From positions 96,001 through 160,000 of the forward strand of contig JBBRNJ010000006.1 in NCBI GenBank assembly GCA_038230375.1: 64,000 bases of DNA, read 5' to 3'. The number at the start of each line of letters is the position of its first letter. The first letter of the stretch is position 1. Under the pieces are notes generated by a model. The model ran no database searches and had not been told where the DNA came from. It was given only the letters and a program-made list of their open reading frames with translations. The DNA is from Polyangiales bacterium. Its GTDB lineage: Bacteria > Myxococcota_A > Polyangia > Polyangiales > Polyangiaceae. The translations under genes were made by a program, and so were the position numbers. Of the stretch, positions 54,347 through 63,200 are shown in pieces.

Positions 54347-57190
54347 ATGCAGTTACCCATCTTTCCGAAGTCCGGCTTCGACCAGTCGGTGGTCACGCCG
54401 GTGCTCCTCGGCGTGCTCGTCTCGTGGGTCGCCACGGAGACCGTGGGATGGGTGTTTGCTGGGCTCGTGGTGCCCGGGTACCTGGCGGCGGTCTTCCTGC
54501 TCGATCCGGCGGGTGGAATCATCGACGTGTTCGAGGCGGTCGTGACCTACGTCGTCGCGCGCGGCCTGGGCGAGTACATGGGCCGCACGGGCATCACGTC
54601 TCGCGTGTTCGGTCGCGAGCGCTTCTTCCTCGTGGTCTTGCTCTCCATCCTCGTGCGCCTCGTGGTCGAGGGCTTCCTTCTGCCCAAGGTCGCGCCGCAC
54701 GCTCGCTGGGCGTTCTCGATCGGTCTCGTGGTCGTACCGCTCACCGCGAACGCGTGCTGGAAGACCGGCCTCGCGCGCGGCTTCATCCAGAACGGCATCC
54801 CCACGCTGATCGTGTACCTGCTGCTCAGGTACCTCTTCATCCCCTACACGAACCTCTCGCTCGAGGGCTTCGAGCTCGCGACGGAGAACGTCGCCGCGAG
54901 CTTCCTCAACTCACCGCAGGCCTACATCCTGTTGCTCACGGGCGCCGTGCTCGCCGCGGCCGCGAACGTGAAGTACGGGTGGGACTTCAACGGCATCCTC
55001 GTGCCCGCGCTCATCGGCCTGGTCGTGCTGGAGCCGGTGAAGCTGGCGGCCACATTCGCCGAGTCCGTGATCCTGCTCTTCGCCGTGATGCTGCTCATCA
55101 AGATCACGCCGCTGAAGCGCGCCAACATCGAGGGCCCGCGCAGAACCGTGCTGTTTTTTACAGTGGATTACGGGTTGCGCTTTGCGTTTGCGGCCCTCGT
55201 CGGTCGGCAGCTTCCGGGTGACGACATCGTGTCGCTCATGGGCTTCGGCTACCTGCTGCCCACGCTGATGGCCGTGAAGATGTCGCAGCGTCAGAGCGTC
55301 GCGCTGGTCTTCTTCCCCACGCTGAAGGTGAGCATTGCGTCGTTCGGCGTGGGCACGCTCATTGGCTTCGCCGCGCACTACGCAGACGGCATTGCGAAGG
55401 CGCCCCCGATCGCGGTCACGCGCCCCATGCCAGACGCGCCGAAGGATCCCGCGCGTGCTGCGCTATGGGTCGCTGGTCTCGCGCTCGAGGTCGCTCCACC
55501 GCCCACTGATCGTGAGACGCCGTCGGCCTCGGCGCTGGCTACCATCGTCGGTGCCGTGATCTCGGGCAAGGTGCTCGGCCCCAGGGACCCGATGGTGGAG
55601 AGCCGCATCGGCGCCGGCGCCGTCATCATCCGCGAGCGCTTCGAGAAGCCAGACGAGCGCCTTGGTCTGCCCGTCGTGATCACGCGCGCGCTCCCCGAGC
55701 AGAACCGCGTCGTGCTGTTCGTCCCTGCGCCATCGTCGGAGCCCTACGCGGCGTATGCCGCTGGTCGTCTCCTGGGCGCCGGCCTCGCAGACGCCGTGGT
55801 GATGTCGGGCGTGGACGATCCAAAGTCCGACTGGATGATGCAGGAGGCTGATCTCCTTGCTCACATCATCGCCGGGCAAGGACGGGTCGTCGTCCTGCGC
55901 GAGGGCCAATTTGCGCTGTTCGGACAGAACCTGGACGCGCGCGTGCTCGCGATGGCGAAGGCGATCTCCGGCGCCAACGTGGAGGCACGCCCTTCCAACG
56001 GTGGCGCCATGCTCGTGGTCCCGCCGCCCACGGTCTCTGGTTGGATGGATGCGGACGCGCCTCCCATCGTCGTGGCCGACAACCTGTCGTCCGCCACGCA
56101 GCTCGCGCTCTTCGTGGACAAGCAGATCCCGCGTGGCCTCGCCGATCGCCAGAGCCTCGAGGATCTCATGATGCTCCGGAAGTTCACGCTCACGCCGATC
56201 ATGGGGAAGGCTCCATTCCAGGCGCCGCGCTCGCTCGCACGTGTCGCTGCCGATACGGCGGGGTACAGGCTCGTGGAGAACGCGCCGCCGGCCGGCGCAA
56301 GACGCACGCTCATCCTGGCGCCAGGAAGGGCTGCACGCAGCGTTCTCGTCGTGGTTCGCGAAGGTGGCACCGCGGTCGTGTTCGAAGCGCCCCATGCCGG
56401 TCGGGAGGAGCTACGCGACTTCACCATTCGCGCGGGCATGGCGTTCGACGCACACGCCTTCATCCTTGGCCTCTACACGAGCGCGGGGCACGTCTATCAC
56501 GCGGACGCGTTCCGTTCGGCGCACGCAGCGATCCGCGATGTCGCGCCCAGCACCGTGCTCGTGCGTGAGGGCATCCAGTCGCAGGGAGTGGTGTTCCTCG
56601 GCGGGTGGGGACCCGGCAGCGAGAAGACCGTGCAGGGCGTGAAGGCCGGCATCGGGCGCCTTGGCTACGTGGTGGAGGAGAAGTCGCTGGACCCACAGGC
56701 GCGCGAGATCGCCGCGCGCACTGCGCTGGGCGGTACGAACATGGTGGCCGTCACGGCGGACTCGTTCGCGCTCGAGGCGTCCTCACTGGACGAGGCGCGT
56801 GCAGCGCAACGCGCGTTCGGAGACAAGGTGCCGTTCGTGGACGGTCTGCTCGGGCAGTTCGCAGCGGAGGCCTGGAAGGCTGGCGTCACGTCCGAGATGC
56901 CCGACGAGACACGCGGCCTTGCGCTGTCCGCCGCGCAAGAGCAGAGCGTCGTGGCACGCCGCCAGCTGCTCGAAGGTATCAACCAGGGGAAGGTTCGCGC
57001 TGCCTTCGTGCGTACGGACAAGGGGCAGTTCCTTCTGGTGGTCGGCAAGCACGGGACGAACGGCTTTGCATCCGCGGTGTCCTTGCACCCCCAGGAGATC
57101 AAGCCGCGGGACGTGGTCCTGCGCGACAACTTCGCCGCCTGTGAGGACGTGCTCGCGTCGTCGGGCTCCTGCGAAGCGAGGGTGCCATGA
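54347..57190 (+). CDS. Large membrane protein with tandem PgsC/CapC (poly-gamma-glutamate synthesis)-like domains and a long extramembrane C-terminus
   Basis: LLGVLVSW..TE..GW..AGLVVPGYLA...FGRERF...SIG..V..L.AN...K.G matches PgsC/CapC; second copy YGWDFNGILVPALIG...EG.RR...GFGYLLP.L.A; 947 aa versus about 150 aa for PgsC. Confidence 0.75.
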   Translation: MQLPIFPKSGFDQSVVTPVLLGVLVSWVATETVGWVFAGLVVPGYLAAVFLLDPAGGIIDVFEAVVTYVVARGLGEYMGRTGITSRVFGRERFFLVVLLSILVRLVVEGFLLPKVAPHARWAFSIGLVVVPLTANACWKTGLARGFIQNGIPTLIVYLLLRYLFIPYTNLSLEGFELATENVAASFLNSPQAYILLLTGAVLAAAANVKYGWDFNGILVPALIGLVVLEPVKLAATFAESVILLFAVMLLIKITPLKRANIEGPRRTVLFFTVDYGLRFAFAALVGRQLPGDDIVSLMGFGYLLPTLMAVKMSQRQSVALVFFPTLKVSIASFGVGTLIGFAAHYADGIAKAPPIAVTRPMPDAPKDPARAALWVAGLALEVAPPPTDRETPSASALATIVGAVISGKVLGPRDPMVESRIGAGAVIIRERFEKPDERLGLPVVITRALPEQNRVVLFVPAPSSEPYAAYAAGRLLGAGLADAVVMSGVDDPKSDWMMQEADLLAHIIAGQGRVVVLREGQFALFGQNLDARVLAMAKAISGANVEARPSNGGAMLVVPPPTVSGWMDADAPPIVVADNLSSATQLALFVDKQIPRGLADRQSLEDLMMLRKFTLTPIMGKAPFQAPRSLARVAADTAGYRLVENAPPAGARRTLILAPGRAARSVLVVVREGGTAVVFEAPHAGREELRDFTIRAGMAFDAHAFILGLYTSAGHVYHADAFRSAHAAIRDVAPSTVLVREGIQSQGVVFLGGWGPGSEKTVQGVKAGIGRLGYVVEEKSLDPQAREIAARTALGGTNMVAVTADSFALEASSLDEARAAQRAFGDKVPFVDGLLGQFAAEAWKAGVTSEMPDETRGLALSAAQEQSVVARRQLLEGINQGKVRAAFVRTDKGQFLLVVGKHGTNGFASAVSLHPQEIKPRDVVLRDNFAACEDVLASSGSCEARVP

Positions 57191-59205
57191 CCTACGACAA
57201 CCGCGACACGACGGAGTACAGAGAGGTCTCCATCGCGCCGCCGCGCATCTCTGGCGTCACGGACCGTCGCTTCATGCTTTCACTCTGGTTCCTGCCCGCG
57301 GCGGTGGCGTTGATCGTTCTCATCGTGCGCGAGATGTCGCGCATGGAACAGGCGCTCTCCGCAGAGGGTGAGCGCGCCGCGCGCGTCCTTGTCTACGAGC
57401 TCCCCACGGGCCAGAACCTTCGCGTGCCGCTCGAGTCCGGCACGGAGGTCATTCGCATCGTGGCGCACGCGCGCGGCGACGACAAGATGCCGCTCACCGT
57501 GCATGGTGCACGCATTCAGCTGACGGCGAAGGGCACGAACGGGGAGCGGAAAGAGACGCTGGACCTCGCGATCCCTGGCATTCGCTCTCGCGCGCGCGCC
57601 GAGGAGCCAGACATCACCGTCGCCGACCCGATCGGCTTCGACGTGGACGTGCACGGCATCGGCCGCGGTGAGCTCGAGGTGAAGCTCGAGTCGATCGATG
57701 GCGCGCAGGGCCTCCTGATCCGCGCATACCGTCGTGAGCTGCTCGACCAGCTCGAGGTCGTTCGCCGCCAGAAGGTGATCGACATGAAGCGCCAGGAGCA
57801 CCTTGCGCTGCGGTCGTGGGAGGTGGACTGGTCCGACCTGGACGACGCCGAGCGCGAGGACCTCCTCGAGGGCCGGTGGCGCAAGGTCGGCCTCCTCCGC
57901 GGCAGCCAGGACCTGACGGTGCACGCGCTCGCAATCTCTGCTGGGCAGGTGAAGGCGCCCATGGCGTACAACCCGGCGCTCATCACGTCGTTCTCGCTCG
58001 TGCCCGAGGAGAAGGCGACGGTGTTCACGCTCGCGCCGGCCACGCTCTTCGTGGAGACCGAGAATCCGGCCACCGTACTCATGAAGCGCGAGGACGGCTC
58101 GGTGGATCGCGTGGTCGCCCGCGGCCGCTTCGAGCTCCATACGCTGCCGCGCACCGGCGTGGAGCTCGAGACCGAGGGCAGCGTCGTCATCCGTACGGAC
58201 ACGCCTGTCGAGATCGAGCCGCCGATCTTCATGAAGTCGTGGCGCACCACGCCCACGCGTCCGGTCTTCATCGACGCCGAGGGCCAGCCACGCGTGCTCC
58301 GCGTCGCTGCTCGTCGCGCCGTGTCGCGCGGGTGGAAGGCGCCCGTCGCGATCGATCTCTCCGTCCTCTTCTCGACCGCAGGCGCGAAGGAGCGGACCTC
58401 CTATCCGCTGCGTGGTACCGTCGCGCCGAGCGTGTACGATCGCTTCACGGGTGACCTCGCGAGCGCGTCCGAGGCCCCCAGTGCCAAGCTGGTCACGCAC
58501 GTGCTCCTCTCGCCGGGCAAGGCCGTCATCATCGCGCCCGTGGCCGACGCCGCGGACATCTCCCTCGGCGAGCTCGATCCGGACGGACCTCCGCGCACAT
58601 CGGACGCGCGGCCCATCGGCGCGCCGCTTCCGATCGCCACCGCAAACGACGACACGTGGCCGGGCTTCCTTCCGCGGCGACCCACGAACGTCTCCACGTT
58701 CGGCACGGACGAGACGCACACGCTGCGCCTTGCCCGTCGCGTCGTGCCGTACGTGAAGACTCCCGAGCACCCGATCACGCGGATCGTGAACCGGCCTTCC
58801 AAGGACACGAAGACCGTGGAAAACAGGCTCTACGAGAAGGTCGACGACGAGCCGCTCGTCATCCAGACCGACGGCGAGCCACGCTGGGTGACGCTCCGCT
58901 TCCTGGCGGACGCTCCATGCGACGTGCTCGCGAAGGTGGATTCCGGCAGGCCACGACGCCGCCTCGAGGGGCTGTCGCAGCACGTGACCGTGTCGCACCT
59001 CTTTCACGTGCCGCTGGGGGAGTCGATCGCCGTTGTCGTGCTGGGCGACGACCTCGACACCGGCCTGCACGAGATCTCACTCGCAGCGACACCTGCCGTC
59101 GCATGGGTGCATAGTGCATGGGTCCGCGTCAGGAAGGCGCCGCCCAGGGCTGCTGCGGCACCGGCCGCTGGACCGCGCTGGACCGAGGGAGACTTCAACG
59201 ACTGA
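57187..59205 (+). CDS. Membrane-anchored hypothetical protein (beta-rich, probably periplasmic)
   Basis: ATGA overlap with the upstream gene; single TM (FMLSLWFLPAAVALIVLIV); 672 aa. Confidence 0.8.
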   Translation: MTYDNRDTTEYREVSIAPPRISGVTDRRFMLSLWFLPAAVALIVLIVREMSRMEQALSAEGERAARVLVYELPTGQNLRVPLESGTEVIRIVAHARGDDKMPLTVHGARIQLTAKGTNGERKETLDLAIPGIRSRARAEEPDITVADPIGFDVDVHGIGRGELEVKLESIDGAQGLLIRAYRRELLDQLEVVRRQKVIDMKRQEHLALRSWEVDWSDLDDAEREDLLEGRWRKVGLLRGSQDLTVHALAISAGQVKAPMAYNPALITSFSLVPEEKATVFTLAPATLFVETENPATVLMKREDGSVDRVVARGRFELHTLPRTGVELETEGSVVIRTDTPVEIEPPIFMKSWRTTPTRPVFIDAEGQPRVLRVAARRAVSRGWKAPVAIDLSVLFSTAGAKERTSYPLRGTVAPSVYDRFTGDLASASEAPSAKLVTHVLLSPGKAVIIAPVADAADISLGELDPDGPPRTSDARPIGAPLPIATANDDTWPGFLPRRPTNVSTFGTDETHTLRLARRVVPYVKTPEHPITRIVNRPSKDTKTVENRLYEKVDDEPLVIQTDGEPRWVTLRFLADAPCDVLAKVDSGRPRRRLEGLSQHVTVSHLFHVPLGESIAVVVLGDDLDTGLHEISLAATPAVAWVHSAWVRVRKAPPRAAAAPAAGPRWTEGDFND

Positions 59206-59206
59206 C

Positions 59207-60235
59207 ATGCCGAGCCCCCATCGTCCCCCTCGTTCTCTCGTCGTGCTCGTCGCGCCGTTCGGACTCGCCGCGCTGGGCGCGTTCGGTGCGTGCCGCTCCA
59301 CGTGCAACGGCGAACAGGCAAGTGCTGACGCGGACGCGCCAGTCGATGCTGCCACTGCCGACGCATCGAAGAACCCGTGGCCCACGGCGGAGGAGACCAA
59401 GGTGAAGTGTCCAGAGCTGCTCACGGCCGCGCGCAAGGATGGAACGGTCGCAAACAAGTACGTGGTCCCCAGCGCCGACGAACGCGTCGCGATTCGCGAT
59501 GCGATTGCCCTGCTTTTCTCGCGCGGAAAGGATGGTCGCGCGGCCGCGGCCGCCAAGCTCGCGCCGCTGGGCTTCTCCATCGACGAGCTGCCCGAGGTGA
59601 AGAACGCGCTCGTCGTCCACGAGGACGAGGGCAAGCGTCGCGGTGGCGGCGCCTACGTCATCCGCCTGGACGAGACGAGCAAGGTCCTCGTGGAAACGCC
59701 ACACACGTTCTACGACGAAGGCACGTTCCAGCTCGGCTACGACTTCTTCGTCCACACGCACGCACGCGCGTGGTTCCTGAACACGGTGCACCGCTACAAG
59801 GGAGCGCCGGCCGGAGCCGACGGTGTTCATCCGTCCGACGTTGCGCATTCGCCAGCGTCGTTCTTCCAGGCAGCCACCGAAGGAGCGGTGAGCGCGCTCG
59901 GCTCACCAACGGTCATCCAGCTTCACGGCTTCGCAGAGCGCGAGGCGGGCGGCCGCGCCGTGATCTCGACGGGCGAGAAGGCCAAGGGCAACACGCTCCT
60001 CGAGAAGATGAAGACGGCGCTGGAGGCCGCCGCTGGCGCGCCGATTCTGAGATACCCTGACGACTCCAAAGAGCTCGGCGCCACGACGAACGTCCAGGGG
60101 ACCGTCGTGCGAAACGCCAAGGGTCGCTTCTTCCACATGGAAATGTCCGAGAGCCTTCGCCGCGAGCTGCTCGTCTCCGAACCTCTGCGGACCCACACGT
60201 GGGACGCCATCTTGTCGGGCCTGGAACTCAAGTAA
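59207..60235 (+). CDS. Lipoprotein with a poly-gamma-glutamate hydrolase (PghP)/N-formylglutamate amidohydrolase-like zinc fold
   Basis: Lipobox GAFGAC; ETPHTFYDEGT (H-x4-E), VIQLHGF, GATTNVQG, FFHMEMSESLR parallel the PghP-family APHGGGIE.GT / SLHG / N..N / QLE.S..LR pattern as recalled. Confidence 0.6.
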   Translation: MPSPHRPPRSLVVLVAPFGLAALGAFGACRSTCNGEQASADADAPVDAATADASKNPWPTAEETKVKCPELLTAARKDGTVANKYVVPSADERVAIRDAIALLFSRGKDGRAAAAAKLAPLGFSIDELPEVKNALVVHEDEGKRRGGGAYVIRLDETSKVLVETPHTFYDEGTFQLGYDFFVHTHARAWFLNTVHRYKGAPAGADGVHPSDVAHSPASFFQAATEGAVSALGSPTVIQLHGFAEREAGGRAVISTGEKAKGNTLLEKMKTALEAAAGAPILRYPDDSKELGATTNVQGTVVRNAKGRFFHMEMSESLRRELLVSEPLRTHTWDAILSGLELK

Positions 60236-63200
60236 TGCTTCTTCGTCGGTTCGCGTTCATGACGGTGCTCGCGCTCGTGGCCATGGGCTGCGGTGCGCAG
60301 CCGAACCCGCGCGGCGCGCCGTTTGCGGCGGCCTCATTCGCCGACTTCCGCAGGGTGGAGCTCGCGAGCGGCTCGAGCGTTTCCGGCGACTCCGTGGACA
60401 TCCTGGAGGTCCAGCCCGAGCAGACCTTCCGGCTCGAGGTCCCCGGCATGGCCACGCTCAAGGTCGGTGAGCTCGTGTCGAACGGCGCCACGCGCGCGGA
60501 GACGTGGCACGACGAGCCCGTGAAGGCCGGGACGATCGTGGTGCGCGCGGGTGTCACGACCACGCAGCTGCTGTTCGTGAAGGGCGCCGTGCAGTACGCG
60601 TGGGCAGCCGATCCGTTCGAGCCCGGCTACTACTGGTTCGACCACGAAAACCGCGTGCTCGACTGGTCCGATGGGGCGCTGCCGGCGCCGTTCCCCGAGG
60701 TCGCCTCACCCAATCGCCTCGACATGGATGGATTCGCAAAGCTGGATGCTGCGCTCGCGCGCGCGGTGAAGAAGGGCGCGTCGAAGGACGCCGCCGCTGC
60801 GATCCGGCGGATCGCAGGGCTTCGAGCGGTGCGCGCCCTGCGGCCCGTTCACGGCTTTCCCTATGCGACCGACCAGCTCGTGAAGGTGAACGGCAAGGGC
60901 GCCACATGGACCGTGGAAGAGCGCGAGCTCCGGCGCGTGTCGCCGGGTGAGCCAGCCGAGATCGCGGTCGAGGGGCCGGGCACGCTGCACGTGTGGGCGC
61001 GCGCGCAGCGCGACAACGTGGACGAGGTCGCGGAGCTGCTGGTGCTCGAAGGCACGAAGGAGCGCGGTCTGGGAGGCGGGACCGTGCTCCGCAAGCGCAT
61101 GACCACCTACGACGATCCGGGCGCGGAGTCGCAAGGCGCCGCGTCCTCGTTGCGCCGCGCGATCGTCCATGTGCCTCCCGGCAGCCACACCTACGCGGTG
61201 CAGTCGCGCTACGGCTCCACCTTCATCTTCGGCATCCTCACGAACACCATCGAGCACATCGAGACGGTGATCTCGCGCAGCAAGAGCGAGTCGAAGCTGA
61301 TCCCGCGCGCGAAGGCCGCGTGTGGTGGAAGCGGCGGTGACGCTCCGTGTGCGTTCGCCAAGGCGCTCGCCGGAGAGGACTCGGACCCCAAGTTCGACGA
61401 GACACTTGGCAAGCTGGACGACGACGACAAGGTCGTGGTGGCGATGCTCAGCAAGGGCGGCCCTCGCGATCCCATCGCCAACCTGGAGCTCCGCGCGTCC
61501 GCTGGCGACCCGGAGTCGCTGCAGCAGATCGCAGTCGCGCTCGCGAAGGACATCGACGAGAACGTGCGCGGCGCGTACGAGCGCTCCGTTGCGCGCGGCA
61601 CCACATGGACCATCACGGAGCCAGAGGGTCCCGCGTGGACCGTGGCGAAGCTGGACGTGAAGGAGCCCGGCAAGGACGGCGGTAAGGACGGGCCCACCTG
61701 CAACACGAAGCCGGAGTTCGCGGACCTTGCCGAGAACGAGGTCCCCGTCGCCACCAGCGTCTCGCACGAGAAGCACGTCGTGTCGCTCGTGGTCGAGGCC
61801 GCATGCGATGACAAGCGGCCCATCACGCTCGCCGTCGACGGGACCACCATCAAGTTCTCGCCGCTGCGTCCGAGCGGCATCCTGCACATCGCCGTCGCCG
61901 GGGAGACCGCGAAGGTGCGCGTCGTCGACGCCGCTGGTGCGAAGGTGCGCGCGGTCCTCGGTGCCACGCAGCCCGGCTGCGAGATCGATGTCGTCAGTGT
62001 GCGGGCGCCGCACGTGACGAGCACGTCGCCAGTCCTGGTCTTCGACAAGGAGCACGCGCCCGGCGTGGAGGTCTGGCTGAAGGATGGCGAGGCGAAGGGC
62101 GCCATCGACGTGTTCAAGGACGGCGTGAAAGACGGCGTCATGAAGACGACCCACATCGTGGTCGGCAAGCCGAAGGGCGGCCTGACCGCGCTGGATCCTG
62201 CGGGCGGCCGATGGATCCGCTCCGCCCGCGTGTTGCTCCCAGACTGGGCGGGCGAGGGCAGCGTGAAGGTGACTGGCTCCGACAAGATCGCCGTGCGCGC
62301 CATTGGACGCGAGGCACGTGTCGTTGGAACGCCCGAACAACAAGCCGCGAAGCAGGCCGGTCCCGAGCCGCTCTCCGAGCCCCTTCTCACGGAGGCAAGC
62401 CGCGCGATCCTTGCGGCGAAATCGAACGAGGAGAAGAGCGCTGCGTACATGGCGCGCGCGCTCATGCTCGCGAAGGGCGGCGCCGAGCGTGCTGCGCTGG
62501 AAGATGCGGCCGCCGCCGAGGCACTCGGCGTAGCCAATGCGGTCCAGACCGTGAAGGCGCAGATCAAACGCAAGCCGATCGCTGCCGGGCGAACGGTGAA
62601 GAACGCATTCGGCGTGGAGCCCGATTTCGATCCTGGCGCCGTGAGATGCACGCCGTCGGCGGACTCGCCGCGCGTCAAGCTCGCTGCCATGGAGCAAGAA
62701 CTGACCGAGAAGGGTCGCGTTGCCTACGACTCCGAGTTCGCGCTTCGCGCTGCGGAGCTTGCCTCGCAGATCCCCGACGACGTGCGCGCGGAGCATCTGC
62801 TTGCTCGCGCCATGGTGCGCGGTCGCTGGAAGTCGCGCCGCGACGCCGAGGGTGGGCAGCGGGTCCCACGCCCTGACGAGAAGGGCAAGGCCGGCGTGCT
62901 CGACGCCGACATGGAGCTGCGTCCGCGCATCCTTGCGGGCGCGCCTTTTGGCCAGGAGGACTTCGCGTCCATCTCCGCCGACCGCCCCGGCAAGATCAAC
63001 CTGGGTCACTCGGGCGCGGTCAACGCCCATGTCGAGTTCGCATGCGTCGCGCGGGCGCCCGCCGAGGTGAAGGGGCCATGCCCGTTCGAGGTGGGCATTC
63101 CAGGCAAGCAGACGCTGAAGTCCACCGTGGGCGCGGATGGAAAGGGCATGATCGACGTCCCGCAGCTCGGCAAGGGCGCGATCGAGCTGCGCATGGGGCA

